A stretch of 60,942 nt of DNA from Blastocystis sp. subtype 4 (Eukaryota), in assembly GCF_000743755.1 (NCBI RefSeq), contig NW_014569520.1, positions 1-60,942 on the forward strand, read 5' to 3'. Positions 1 through 13,809 of this stretch are shown in pieces. The position numbers were made by a program, and so were the translations under genes. The notes under the pieces are model-generated. The model saw nothing but the letters and a program-made list of their open reading frames with translations, ran no database searches and was not told where the DNA came from. Position 1 is the first letter of the stretch; every line of letters begins with the position of its first letter.

Positions 1-1
1 T

Positions 2-124
2 GGATTGTATAAGGGAGCTGTTCCTCGTATGTGTGTACAGGCACCTCTGTTCTCCATCGCTTGTACTGCTTTTGAACTCCAGAAGAGGTATCTAATGTAT
101 GGATCCTTTTTCCCCAAGCTCTAA
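2..124 (+). CDS. Mitochondrial carrier (SLC25) family protein, 3' end only
   Basis: GLYKGAVPRMCVQAPLFSIACTAFELQKRY...KL* matches the last repeat of SLC25 carriers; TGTTTGTT at 148-155. Confidence 0.8.
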   Translation, partial: GLYKGAVPRMCVQAPLFSIACTAFELQKRYLMYGSFFPKL

Positions 125-207
125 GTCGTTTTAGTGAGTAATCATTCTGTTTGTTGTTGAGTTCTTTGAGTGAATTACATTATTTCTGAGAAGGTTCGAA
201 GCTTAGG

Positions 208-516
208 ATGGACAGTTCCAGTGATAAAAATGACTCAGTACTTGAGGAACTCCGTCAGATCAAGGTAGCAGTGAATCAATTGTACATAAAGTATGTGGAG
301 TTCATTACATTTGTAGAAATGAGAAACTCAAGCAGTTGATAGAGATGACTAATATCGATTCCTCATTTAGCAAGAAAGTTGCAGTTATTTATGAAATGCA
401 GGATTTACATATAGGAAATGAAAAAGGTCTCAGATGCTTGGGATCGGATTCTAGCACGATTTGGTTGTGATTCTCGTGAATCATTGGAAAGTGGGAATAC
501 TCCTGCGTTGAAATGA
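208..516 (+). CDS. Small hypothetical protein (spliced)
   Basis: ATG at 208 (MDSSSDKNDSVLEELRQIK), short GT..AG introns, TGA at 514-516; exact splicing uncertain. Confidence 0.4.
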
Positions 517-552
517 TATATTTGTTTTAAAGTGTTGATTCCAACAAACAAA

Positions 553-1633
553 TCAATCTTCCTTTACCCTTCTTTCATCTTCATAAACCTCGGTACACAG
601 TCTCTTGATGATTTTATCGATATCCCTTCCAGGAAGAGGGAGGAACCAATTCAAACAGAAGGGTTCACCCATCGTCTCTACTAAGGATTCATAGAAACTT
701 GATGTAGTAGTTGACTGCTGGTCTCTGGATTCCTCGATAAACGTACGATCATACCACACATTCTTAAATTGGTCATAAAGAAGAATAATGCAGAACACAC
801 AGAATATGACAGAAAAGATCACTTGAATACAAACGAAGATTTGGGTGTTCAATTCATTTTCAAAGAATGGAAATGCAATATGCCAGCGATGGAAAAACTT
901 AAGCAATTTTGGTTTTTTATATAATCCAGTAAAGATATACTCCAAAGGCAACCAATGGAAGTATCGCTAGATAGAAGGACTCCGACAATCTTACCTTAAA
1001 TTTGGAGCTGTAGAATCTGCAGTACATTATGGTCATAATGATTGCGATTGTTTCACCAATACTCACATAAAGAAGGAATAACATGAACGGCTTTTGATTT
1101 CGAGCTCCTACACAGTTGCTGATCCATCTATAATGAAGAGGAAACGAGAAGAATACGGACAATGATGATCCATCTTTAAAATACATTTCTGACATCGTCT
1201 ACAGTGATGTGCTCGAAAGGGCTTGATACAATTGCAACGACTACAAGTAAGAACAGATACACTCCACTACGTGCATCTATGATAATACTTTGCATTTGGA
1301 TCCCTTTCTTCAATCCTTTGAACCTACATATGGAAACACACACTCAGTCTTACGACATCCATATCAACAATTCCAGGTTCTGTGAAAACAGCTTGATAGT
1401 ATGACCATAGAATCAGTATCACACAGGAGTAGAACGGGATCAGAATTAGAGCACTTTTATATCCGACACCCAGTATTGGAATCACAAGATGGAAGGTCAT
1501 ACAGTATATTACATAGGTAATTTGAGCAAGTGCCTAGAAATGAACTTCAGCAAAAAGTACAAACAAATGGTACAGATAAGTAGGCTACTGGATCTCTGTA
1601 AGAGCACCAGCATTTTCCACAACAAAACCCCAT
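553..1633 (-). CDS. DHHC palmitoyltransferase
   Basis: Spliced [28 protein letters not shown] helices, TFIE (TTxE-like) motif; TGTTTGTT on minus at 543-550. Confidence 0.92.
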
Positions 1634-1794
1634 TGTTTGAGGAGAATTGAACACTTTTCTTTTGACAATTCTTTGATTCAGTTCAGATGGACAAGTGGTC
1701 AGATCAATGGTGATTCCGATGATGATCTCCAGGTTCAATGCTTGTTCCCATAATTTTTGTTCTATAGTATTTCAAATATAAAGGTAATTCTTTC

Positions 1795-4668
1795 ATGACT
1801 TCGGATGAAGAAGGTGAAGTCAATAAGAAGTCGTTAGTTGTGCTCTCTTCTGACGATGATTCATTGAATGAGACCTTTTACGGAGATCGAGTTACAGGAC
1901 AGGTGAATGAGCCAATCCAGGAACATACAGGAGATCAGGATTCTATGGAAGAGGGACCAATTCCTCTGGTGAGTGCCCCAATCCGGGAAGATCCTGTTAC
2001 AGCTAATACAGAGGACTTCCATCCCATGCCGGATACGATTTCGTCAACGTGGGAATCATAGATTTGAAATAACGATTAGAGATCAGATTCAGGGAGAAAA
2101 TATCTCAATATCTGAGTTGACAGCAAGAACACAACAATTGATGCGTGATGTTGGAGTGAGTGAACGAAAGCGGAATTTAACATGCAGAAAACGATTCAAA
2201 GTTCCCCAACTAATGTATCTATCAAGCCATCGGATGATAAAACAAGGAGACTGAAATCAAAGTGGTTTGATGGTGATTGTTGTTATGTAGACTGATTAAG
2301 AAACTACAGGCAATGAAAACAAAGAGAGAATCGATGGTCAAGTTAAGTACAGTCGATGATGTGTTTGCACAGACCCAACGAATGAAACCCAAGAGGATTG
2401 TTGACCTGGCTATAGAAGAAGAGAAGGTAGTTTCTGAGGAAAAGAAACCTACCATGGACGAGTCGAAGGCAATAGAACCAGATACTGTGGAGGGATTCTT
2501 GGGAGATGTTCCAGAACAATTTACAGGCAAGCCCAAACTGACAGCAACCAATGATTCTGATGATGTTGTTGATGGTGAGAGATCTGATTTGTAGGATTTA
2601 GTGATTGTGGAAGGAGGAAAGCCAGAAGAGTCGAGTCTGAAAACGTTTAAATCAAGTGTGAAGGATGTTCGTCTGGATACAACGACTGTGGACCCAACTG
2701 AGGTGGAATCTCTGTTAGCAAAGAATATTGAGATGACTCGATCTATGCGAAGTCAGTTAGAGCGATCCGCAAGTAGCATTCGACATGAGAGGAGAGACAT
2801 TCGTAAGATGTTGGAATATGAAGTGGGAAAGCAAGCGATTGATGAAGGTTGGATATGAATTGTGGAATGAATTGAAGAGAAACAGAATGAAGATGTTGAC
2901 CTTCAATTAGACCAAATGATACGACAATCTGAAGAAGAGGAGAAGAAGATGGAAGAAGAGGAGCAAATCTGGAATGATGAGGAAGAGATTGAGAATGTGA
3001 AAGAGAGAAAGATGACTTCATTGACTCGTCTATCAGAGGATGAAGAAGAAGAAATGGAAGGAAGCCTATCAGAAGACAATTTGGAGAAGAAGTCTCAGGA
3101 GTCTGAAGAGAGATCTCAGCAAATGGTTCAACAGGAATCTGAAGAGAAATATCAGGAGAAAGACAAACAGGAACCTCCACAGAAGGCTGAGATGACACCT
3201 TCAGTTGATTCAAAGCCAAATACAAGTGATTTGCTGGTGTTAGGGTCCGATGGAAAGTTGCGGAAAGCAAAGCCAGCAGTAAGTCTTGTAGACCTCTTCA
3301 AACAAGCAAGAGAGAAGAAGATAAGGAGTCAGTCTGAATCCCAAGCCAAGGAAGAGACTCTGTTTGAGAAGGAGGAGGAGAATGAACAGGAAGACGAAGC
3401 CTCGATTCCTGAAGATGAACCTCCTTCAGATGAATCTGCTCCAGAAGATGAAAATGATTATACTGAACAACCAACAGCTGAAGATTACGCACGTTACAAA
3501 GAAATGATGAAAGAGCCTACACATGTGCACAACGACTTGCTAGATAGTGAGGCCGAAGAATCTGGAGATGACATTCCTCTGGAAGGTGAGTTAGAGGAGA
3601 AGGAAGATGGGAAGATTGTGATACCAAATGGGATTGATATTGTGGAACGAGCAGTAACAGAGAAAGAACGAAGAGATCTGCTCAGTCTTCATCACCGTAT
3701 GAAGGAACAGGAAGATGAAGAACAGTTGGCATATGTGAAGAAGGGGATTCGAGAAGGACCAGCGTATATGCGAAGTAAGAATTAAGACGACTTTGATAGG
3801 GAAGGACAAATGCGAAGGAATAAGGTGGCATATGATGCATTCTCCGATGAAGAGAACGAGAAGAAGCGTACTGTAGTGAACAATTTGGAGGAAGAGAGTG
3901 AAGAGAGTGAGGAGATGAATGAAGAAGAACAGTATTTACGAGAGATCCGTAGAGAACGATTACTTCAAAAGTTACGAGGAGAAGAGAATGAGGACGAGAA
4001 AGAAGAAGAAGAGGAAGAGAAGGATGAGAGTGATCATGATGCCTTTGATCCAGAAGAAGTGAAAGAAATCGAGGCTTTCAAACAGCGATTGCAGCAACGA
4101 CGAGAATTAGAGAGATCTCGTTCACAGAAAACTGATTTCTCGCGTAAGTACTGATTACTGGATTTATGGAAAGAAATTGTGTCTTTTGACAATCCCGAAG
4201 TAGCTTCATTCTTACAACGTTCCTCTAGCCTCTCCTCAACCATAGATTCACCTTCAGGCAGTTTAGTTCGTGTAAATAGCTTGAAAACAAGCAATTCGAT
4301 GCAATCCAGACGATTAACACTGCAGAATGTGGGAATGAAAGAGTAATGTAAGGAATAGAGTGTTTCTCAGACACCAAGTGTATTATCAAACAGTATGATT
4401 AGTTCATTGAGTCGAAATAACTCACGTTCAAGCAATACTACTGTTGGGAGAGGAAAGAAAGAATAATGAGTAGGTGACAAGGACATCATTCCTGTTTACA
4501 AGTACTGAAAGAAAAGAATCACCGTCATTTGGAAATAATAATTTGGGTATAAGAAACGCGAAGACTTGACTTGTAGATCAGTCAAAATCGCTAAAACGAT
4601 CAGGATCATCCCTCAAACGATCAAAAACAATAAATCTGAATGATAAACGGTCAAAATCGATGACTTAT
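1795..4668 (+). CDS. Claspin/Mrc1-like acidic replication checkpoint protein
   Basis: Very acidic; LLDSEAEESGDD...EDEEQLAYVKKGIREG resembles the MRC1 domain and ELTARTQQLMR resembles the Claspin N-terminal motif; stop predicted to be made by poly(A) at 4666-4668. Confidence 0.55.
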
Positions 4669-4670
4669 TC

Positions 4671-4678
4671 TGTTTGTT
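4671..4678 (+). terminator. TGTTTGTT polyadenylation motif (Claspin-like gene)
   Basis: Exact motif; the T 5 nt upstream is codon position 1 of TAT. Confidence 0.8.
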
Positions 4679-4757
4679 GGAAATCGCAAAAACGGTTATT
4701 TCGAGAAGCTGGCGTATGTCGAGAATGACAATAGATGACTATTTCCAGAAGAATATA

Positions 4758-5537
4758 ATGATCTTTAACATCTTCCGAATTCTAGGAGATCTGTGCCATC
4801 TTCTAAGCTTTATAGTTCTACTAAGTAAAATCAAGAAAACCAAATCGTGCTATGGTAGACTTTTATGTACAAAGTGAGTGTTAGGGATTTCTTTCAAGAC
4901 TCAAGGACTCTATTTTATTGTCTATATTACGAGATACTTGGACTTGTACAAGGTTATTCTCCATCCAAGTAAATTGGCCAATGGTCTTGTTCTCTATAAT
5001 TCTATAATGAAGGTGTTGTATATTTCATTGACATTATACATTTCGAATATGATGATGCGAGTGAGCCCGTATCGAACAACATATGATAAAAACGGGGATT
5101 CTTATGATGTTGTAAAATGGGCTTTAGCTCCTGCAGCCATTTTGGCTATCCTTTTCCACCGTCATACTGACAATCTGGTTTTGGATGTAGCTAATCGTTT
5201 CATTTAATAACCATAGATCACATGGAGTTTTTCAATTTATCTTGAAGCTGTATGCATCATGCCTCAGATCATCATGCTTCAGCGATATAAGGAGATTGAA
5301 AACCTGACATCCAACTATGTTGTTCTTCTTGGATTGTATCGTGCCTTCTATATTTGCAATTGGATCACACGTTATCTAACAGAGAAGAATTACCGCAATT
5401 GGATTGGATGGATTGCTGGTACTGTTCAGACAGCTTTATATTGTGATTTCTTCTACTATTATGCGTTAAGGTGAGGGTTCGGGGATAGGTTGATGGATAG
5501 TAAGTGGTTTGGAAAGAAGATGAGTCTTCCAACATAA
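4758..5537 (+). CDS. ERD2: ER lumen protein retaining (KDEL) receptor
   Basis: FNIFRILGDLCHLLS, GISFKTQ, FSIYLEAVCIMPQ, YRAFYICNW, QTALYCDFFYYY, ends KMSLPT*. Confidence 0.96.
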
Positions 5538-5646
5538 TTTCGGAATCCATTTGTACTCTGTTATTCAAGTTGTTTGTTGAATCTATGGATAGATAACTTT
5601 TGTATGTTACGCATATGCAAATAATCCACACAATCCATATCTCAGG

Positions 5647-8600
5647 ATGTGGAGTTATTTAAACAAGAGTTCGCTTCCAATATCCAAATGCAAGGAGTAT
5701 ACATCCTTTCCAGAGCCAAATGGAAAGCCAGAATTGTCGGGACTCGCTTTCTTTGAGAATGATAGTGCAAATAGTTGGTTTCATTCTTTTTTGTGATTAC
5801 CTTTAGATGGTTCTCGTTATCAGACAAAGAGTGCAGTAAGTAGTATTCTCACGTTATTATTTCAGATTGATAGTAATGCATCTCTGTGGATGCCTGATGA
5901 AGTTTGTTTGTCTTGTTACAGCTGCCAACAAAAGTTCACAGTGTTAAGAAGAAAACATCATTGTCGTATTTGTGGTCAAGTATTCTGTAGTGACTGTTGT
6001 CAATTACATGATGTTTGAACGAGAATGAGAATTGATCTGTAGGGTTATGCATTTGGTTTTGCAGGAAGCATCCGAATATGCAATTATTGTAATAATCTCA
6101 TGAAAGTAAGGAAAAAGGAGTGAACTAAATCATAGAATCAGCTTAGCGATTCTTCTTCAATGTCAGATGTTTCTAGAAAGTGTTACTTCTAGATCTCGAA
6201 TCCATAATGTGGATATGGATACATATCAGTACCATCACCGAAATGCACTTCATAAGTCTGGTTCAGCAGCATACGGAGATGATCTATCGCTAGATCTTCC
6301 TGATAATGACGAAGAAAGGACTCATATCTTGCCCTGTGACATTCTAGGTAAGTATTGGAGTTCGCATATAGTGTAGACGATAGTACTGATTTCAATCCTC
6401 AACCAACAACGTTGTGGTACGTTCTATTAATGATATATAGAGGTTGCTTCTACAAGGACGGGATTATCAAGATCTTTACTGAGATTCATAGTGATATGCA
6501 TTCTTCACCTGTACTGGATGAGCAAAAGTTATTTATGCGTCAAGGAATGGTATGTCGAGGAGGTAATGGTGATCCATCTCTTTCATCGTAGCTCAGTATC
6601 TGAAGGCATTAGCCAAACAGTTGATATCAGAATCTGGGTTATTTACTGTCAACACAGAGAAATGGGTTCAGATCGTACTGCGATTATCTCGAGCTGTATG
6701 TGATAATCTGACAGAAGAGGCAAATGAATCTAGTGAGGGTATTTTTGGAATGAATACAAATCGATTTGGTTTTGAAATGCCTATTCAACAAAATAGTCTG
6801 CATTTTTGTCATATCATGATGACTAGTTTCGGAGATAAATTCTCCTAATGTTGTTTCGTCCTCTCTATCACCTGAAGGAATGTCCTCAGAATTGCCTGAG
6901 ATGAATGATCGGAAGATGCTAGGCTTTGGTTCGCTTGAGACAGAAGTGAGTGTTATCAAAGTGGAAGGTGGAACTCCTGATCAGAGCGAGTTTGTTGATG
7001 GGTTAATGATTCAAAAGAATCTCGCTCACAAGGTAGGAAATGAAACCTAAGATAAATGTGAGTGTATGCGACATCGTATTGAATCACCTCGTGTATTGCT
7101 GATAGCGTGTCCTATTGAATATTACAAATCAAAATATCAATATGCATCATTATCAACACTATTATCACAAGAAGTTGAGTACATGAGAATGATTAGGATG
7201 ATCGATAGACACATTCAGATTATTGTGAAGAAGATTCTCACATTATCTCCTGATGTGATTCTTGTTGGTAATAATGTGAGCAAATATGCATTGGATCTGT
7301 TTTTGGAGGTGAGAAAGAATGGAGAAAGTAAGAATTAGCAGAATGTCAGTGTGATTGTGAATTGTGAGGGGTCTTTACTAATGCAAGCAGCTCGGATGAC
7401 AGGAGCAAAGATCATTCGACATCTGGATGACATCGCTTGTAGCTATGTTGAGTAATCTAGACCGTGTAGTGCAGAATCCTCAAGAAATCATTGGAAGCTG
7501 TGGTCTCTTTGTTGTGCGTGATTATCGTACAGTGTCACGACCACGACGTCAATCATGTTATGTTGATGTAAGGAAAAGAGGGACTGATAACAATGAGACT
7601 CATGCTAGGGTTCATCGAACTACCACAATCACGTACTGTTGTTTTGAGTGTTGCGATGTAAGCCGAGGATGCACAGTACTGTTGCGTGGAGGTAATGAAG
7701 CTCTGTTGAAGAGAGCACAAGAGATTCTAATGTACCTGATCAAAGTACGATTGAGTCTCGATCGAGAGATCAGTTTTTATATAAATCTGGGAGTTACATC
7801 AACATCTGTGACTATTATGAAGGAACCAACACTGTACGTGAAGACACCTCGTCTATTAGCATCTTCACCATGTGTTGTTTTTGGGAGGTAATAACAATGC
7901 GTGCATTCACATGCTTAGCCCTCATTTCACCCCTACGAATACTCATAACGATTTTTTCGGAATAACCCAACTCAATCCAACTCAGGTATTCAACATCGTG
8001 TATGCTTGTGTTCGGTTGATTGGTGGATCCCAGGTGAGATGTGATTGAATGACTGACAATCAGTGTGGTCTGCCTGAGATCAAACAGATTGACTTCTATA
8101 GCTCGAATGATCGTTCATTTGGTCAGTTCCTTCGTGAGAACAATTGTAACACTCGTACTCTGTGTACTCGATGTCAGAAGCCTCTGTTATCGCATACTCT
8201 TCAAATCCTTCACAATGGAATCTCTATTGCTGTAACATCAGCCAGTGTAGGAACAGCGAAACAGAATTCGGATGTGATTCGAGTGTGGAGGTGAGTAATG
8301 AATGATCTTGTGAATCATAGTCGGTGTAAATGTGGTCATGAATCCTCTCCTGAAGTGGTGTCTGGTGCTACACTTCGTCTTTCCATGGGTGTCGTATTGC
8401 AACTGCTGTTCTATGATACCACATCTCTAGGCCCATGTGGTCATCGTCTGTTTGGTGATCGAGTTAGCTACTTATACGAATGCTTACATAGACGTTATTC
8501 TTCTTACAAGGAAGTATGCTCACTACATTCACATTTGCTCCTATGGCTTCCTACAGCATTACAAGGTATGTCTTTGAAGGGAGTTTCATTCCAGTTATCC

Positions 8601-10532
8601 TGCACTTTGGATGGAAGATGAACGACTCCCCACACTACTCAATCAGCAACTTCAAGCCTTCCTAGACGTCCAGAATCGAGTATTTTCGAAGTTTATTGAT
8701 GTAATTTCTTCAAGAATTGTAGAATCGCGGGGATATAATGATATTTAGCAAGAAGAAGAAGATTTGAAGAAGCTTGGAGCTTTGAAGAGTCTGTTGAATC
8801 ATATCAGTGAAGGAGCCAGAGCGTTGAATAATGAGTATGCAAAAATAGGAGGATATTTTGGAATAGTGTTAAATCGATCCGAATGAATGAATATTCTTCT
8901 CTATATCTGATTTATCGTTTGCGACAGCTATTATACCTTTGGAGCAATGTAAGGAGAGTACATTGTAATCATACATAGCGATGGGTCCATTCATTCTTTG
9001 ATATTCTAAATATGAGTTCTGTCAAGCGAATTGACTCTGAGCCTGTATCTTTAGAGTTTGAAATGAAAGAGAAGTCTCCCGCGATTATTACACCAAGAAT
9101 GGAAGACAGTCCAGTAGAGGTTGAATCTGGTTCCACAACACCTACAACTCCAGTAACCGTGAAGAGTACTCCAACCTCACTCAGTATGAACGAAATTGTT
9201 GGTATTTGCGGAATGACTGAAATCTAGATTTCATTACCTTCGGAACTGTTCTTTGGCAATCCTCAGTTGCCTCCAGATCCTGATAATCGTTTCATTCCTG
9301 TGTCTCTCCATCAACCCACAACGATTTTTGCATATGCAATGTCAACGAAGAAGTATTTGGGCGAATGTGCCGCAATGCGGAAATTGGTCCTGGAGGGTGG
9401 AACAGCGGGATGTTGTGACAATGAGCGTTTCTTACTGGATCGGAATGACAATGAGATTAAAATCGTATTGGATCTGGAAGAGAACGGAATACCGCAGAAA
9501 GTGGTCTGTTTGATATTCTTTGCTACTCAAGTGAGTATTGGTAATGCATCTCATAAACTAGTTTGCAGCGATTCGTGAAGAACGTAATGCCTGTAGTTAT
9601 CTGCTCTCTCTTTCAATCTGTTCATCGCAAGATATGCATGGAGGGAAAAGTGGTACAAAGTGGAATTGGATCAGTGATGTTAAGGAGCGGAATTCTTCAT
9701 TACAGGCGATAACAAATATCTGGTTAAAGTGATTTCAGCTCGTGAATTCGAGATGTTTGTCACGAATGCCCATACATACTTCGAGTAAGCAATATCAATT
9801 TATTTTGAATGCAGATATATTGGGAAGTGTCTATTTAAGGGTCTGCCTTCTCTACTATGTAAAGTACTTGGAATCTACCAGACCACTGTGACCGATGCAT
9901 CAAACAAGAAGACTGTATCACATTACGTGGTGATGGAGAATCTGTTCTATGGCCAATCCATATCGTATAAATTCGATCTGAAGGGAAGTAATCGGAATCG
10001 CTATGCAACTGAAGGAAGTGAGATTGGATTGTTCTTGTGAGGTTTAGCGGAAGAGAACACATTACTGGATATGAATTTCATGGAGAAGCGAAAAGGAGTT
10101 CCTCTTCCTCTTCATGTTGAATTGACAGAATTGGTTAATTTTTAGGAATCGTCAAAAACTCTCCTGAATATTGGGATTATCAATGACACGCTATTTCTTT
10201 CTATTGTTAATGTTGTTGATTATTCCTTACTAGTGGGTGTGAATGAGGAAACAAAGGAATTGGTAGTGGGAATCATTGATTACTTCCGATGCTATGATAT
10301 TATTAAGAAGATTGGTAAGGTTAAATTATCTTGATAAGAAATAGAGAATGGAGTGAAATCTGTGGGCATGATAATTGGCGAGAAAGAACCAACAGTCATT
10401 CCTCCTAATTTATATAAAAAGCGATTCAGAGTGAGTATGGATAGTTATTTTATTACTGTAAGTGCATTCTATGAGAGTGACGTATAGATGCCTGATCGGT
10501 ACTTCCAGTTAAAGATGATTGGGAAAGAGTAG
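5647..10532 (+). CDS. FAB1: 1-phosphatidylinositol-3-phosphate 5-kinase (Fab1/PIKfyve)
   Basis: FYVE (WMPDE..C..C...[13 protein letters not shown]), CCT-like domain ([14 protein letters not shown]), PIPK domain ([30 protein letters not shown]); start approximate. Confidence 0.93.
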
Positions 10533-10578
10533 TTTGCTTGCAATTCATGTGTTTGTTATTATTCAGATTGTTCTTGTG

Positions 10579-11027
10579 ATGTCGTCTGAAATTTCTCCCA
10601 TCCCTCACAATTTGAATGCTTTACGGGCATGCAAGTTGTGCAAATTAATAAAGAACTATGATGAAGTTGGCATGGACATTGTGAATCAGCAAATAGTTTC
10701 TTCATAATGGATGTGAGAACTGTGATGATATCCTTCATATGGCTGGAGATGACGAACGAGTCCGAGAGATGACATCTCCGTATTTTGATGGGTATTATTG
10801 CTTCTATTAGTTTTATAACTCTAGAATGGTTTCTATATTGGACAGAGAGCGGAGTTGGGTTGCTTCTTGGCTTCAGAAGAGTAACTGGAATAGTTGAGTA
10901 TAAATAACGATTAGAAGACTATATTCCAGGGATTTACGCTATAAATGTGACAGGCAAGCTTCCTGACTACATTCGGTCAACTCTGAACGAACAAGGAATT
11001 TACATTCCAGACAACTTTGAGAATTGA
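10579..11027 (+). CDS. SPT4: Transcription elongation factor Spt4
   Basis: LRACKLCKLIK..GCENC..MTSPYFDG..SWVASW..PGIYAINVTGKLP. Confidence 0.93.
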
Positions 11028-11395
11028 TTATAATTGTTATTTGTATCCATTCTTGTGTTTGTTGGAAGTCTTGTGAATCTCTAGTATTGAATACGTTTAT
11101 GCTATATAATCGGTCCACAGTGGAATAGGGAGAAATCCCATTTTCATCGAGAAAGTTAATCTACCGATAAAACGATACCAATGAAACGCCCTCCTTATCG
11201 GTTGAGTAGTAAGTCACTGAGACAGACGATTCAATTGTTCTACGTCTATTGACAAGTGTTTTCTTCTCTATCTGTACGTTTTGAATGATTCATATACTGA
11301 TTTGTCAATCTTGTCTTATCTTGGCCTTGCCTTTCTTTAATTGTATTTGCTAACATTTTTAAAGATATTTTGAATCATCTACTTGTGAGTGATCA

Positions 11396-13800
11396 ATGAA
11401 TCGTCGTATGTGGTAGATGTTTCATATTCATGCTAAGGTGGAAATACTGGAAAGAAAGGAAAACGGGGAAGAGGAGGAAAGCCTCAACCAAGGAATGGAG
11501 CTCGTGGAAGTTCATTTTATTCATTTTGTTCAACTGGTAGATGCAAATACAGTTCCAGCGTCACAAAATCCCTTTGCTCCGTACATGAATACTGCTCCCG
11601 TTCCACCTCCTCCAACGTTTGTTCAGATCATTTTATTGACTCTGTAGTTCTCCACCAGATCCAGCTAGTGCACATTTGACAGAAATGTTGGGTATTGCCG
11701 AATCCAAGCCTCTTCCTCCAAATTATGGTTATGGTATGACAGGGAACTTTTCCATTCCAATTCCTGAGAATGTATTGACTCTTGAATCTCCAGTTGTCCA
11801 GCAGAATAAGCATCTGATGGATAAGTTGGGTCGTGTTCCTGTGATGCCTGTGACTCTTCCTGCTCCATTGGAGAAACCAGCACCTAGTCAAGCCCTGATC
11901 TGGCCTGTGCAGAAGTCTGAGGGACTTCAGGACTCTGCGCTGGTTGATCCGTTTGCTGTCAAGAAAGAAGAGACTCTTGCTGATCCATTCGCTAACAAAC
12001 CTGGTGAAACTCCCACTGATCCTTTTGCTGACAAGACAAATGACACTCCTGCTGATCCATTCGCTGACAAACCGGAGGATACACCAGAGGATCCATTTGC
12101 TGATAAGCCTGAAGAAGCACTTTCTAATCCATTTACTAACAAGCCAGAAGAGCTTTCCATTCTCTCTGACCCTTTCACTGAGAGCAAACCTGAAGAGACT
12201 TCAGTTCTTCCTGACCCATTTACTGGGAATAAACCTGAGGCTTCCATTCTTCCTGACCCTTTCACTGATACCAAGTCCGAGGAGTCTACTCTCCCCAACC
12301 CCTTCACTGATACTAACCCGGAGGAGACTTCAGTTCTGCCTGATCCCTTCACTGAGAACAAGCCCGAAACTTCCGTTCTTCCTGATCCATTTACTGAGAA
12401 CAAACCAGAGGAGAATGCAGTTCTTCCTGATCCATTTACTGATAACAAACCTGAGGAGTCTTCTCTCTCCAACGCCTTTACTGATAACAAGCCCGAAGAG
12501 ACTTCAGTCCTCCCTGGCCCATTTACTGATAACAAACCTGAGGAGTCTTCTCTCCCCAACCCTTTCACTGATACCAAGCCCAAGGAATCCTCTTCTCTCC
12601 CTAATCCCTTCAGCGGGAACAAGCCTGAGTCCTCTCCTCTCCCTGAATCTATTCAAGAGAAATCCACAGCATTCTCAGATCCATTGGACTCTCAGCCTTC
12701 TCCGTCTGACGATCTCTTTGCTTCGCTTTCTCCCACTCCCGATACTCGCCAGCAGGAAATCGACACCATTTTTGACACCTCAAATACGTCAATGATGAAA
12801 CGCCCGTCGCAAACTTTAGCAGAAATCCGTGCCTCTTCGACTCTGTCAAACCCAGAGTCCCAACAGCCAGCAGAAGATCCATTTGCTAATGTGTCTACCC
12901 CTGTAGACGATCTGTTCATGGGAATGACTTCACACGAGACACCAGAACCTGAGATCCTCACAGACATGTCCAATCCCGAAATCATCACGGAAACAACAAA
13001 TCCAGAAAAACCCACAGAAACACCAATTCCAGAAATCCCTACAGAAGGGAAACCATTAAGTCGTCTGACTCCAGGAACTCTCCTTCCAGCCGACTCTCCT
13101 GAGGATTTACGCAAAGCAGCAGAGGCAATTGGAGTGAATATGAAGGAACCCGAAACTCCTGTTCTGATACCCCAAGAAGTTCAAGCAGTAGACGTAGTGA
13201 AATACTTCCAGGAGGATGAGGAGTTGGGCTCAGATGAGGAAGATGGAAAGCGGTTGCGAATCCTATTCGATAACATGCTTCCTGTTGTAGATGAGAATCC
13301 TGTGATTCCAGAACCTGAGGAGATGGCTGAGCAGGTGATTTGTAAGGCACGTGCGCTGTTGACTATGTTGGACTCGCTTTCAGTCTCATGGACACAGCAA
13401 AAGAAGAAGAAACGATTGGTGAATCAGGTGAAGAAGATTCTAGATGAACGTTGTTATTCAGAGATTGGTTATGACATCAAGGTGTGTGAAAAGTTGAACT
13501 TATGGATTGGATTGAGTGTGTAGAGCAATCAGAAAGGCAAAGATACGAGAAGAAGAGAAAAAACGCCAGATTTCGATGATTGAGACAAGTGTGAAGGAAC
13601 TGGAAGAGCAGAAAAGTGTTCTAATGCAAATGATTGAAGGTCGATTGAAGGAGTATTTGCAACAGAAGAATGGTCTGACAGAAATTGCAAATCGTGAGAT
13701 AGAAGAGTTTAATGTGATGTATGAAGAATTTGAAGCAATCTGTCACAACTTAAATGTGTCTATTGAAGATATACTTACAGAAGGTGCTAATGAGTCGTGA
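11396..13800 (+). CDS. DPF/NPF-repeat protein with C-terminal coiled coil (candidate endocytic accessory protein)
   Basis: Basic N-terminus (MNRR|GNTGKKGKRGRGG), long exon 11676-13523 with tandem DPF/NPF motifs, coiled-coil last exon ending TGA at 13798-13800. Confidence 0.65.
11940..12630 (+). repeat. Coding tandem repeat, ~17 units of 11-15 aa (consensus LPDPFTDNKPEETSV)
   Basis: Repeating cctgatccatttactgataacaaacctgaggag-like units visible in DNA and protein. Confidence 0.9.
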
Positions 13801-13809
13801 ATGGGTTTG

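Noticed and set aside
11927..13114. Long antisense and alternative-frame ORFs over the DPF repeat (also 56567-56983)
   Set aside because: Shadow ORFs produced by stop-poor coding repeats
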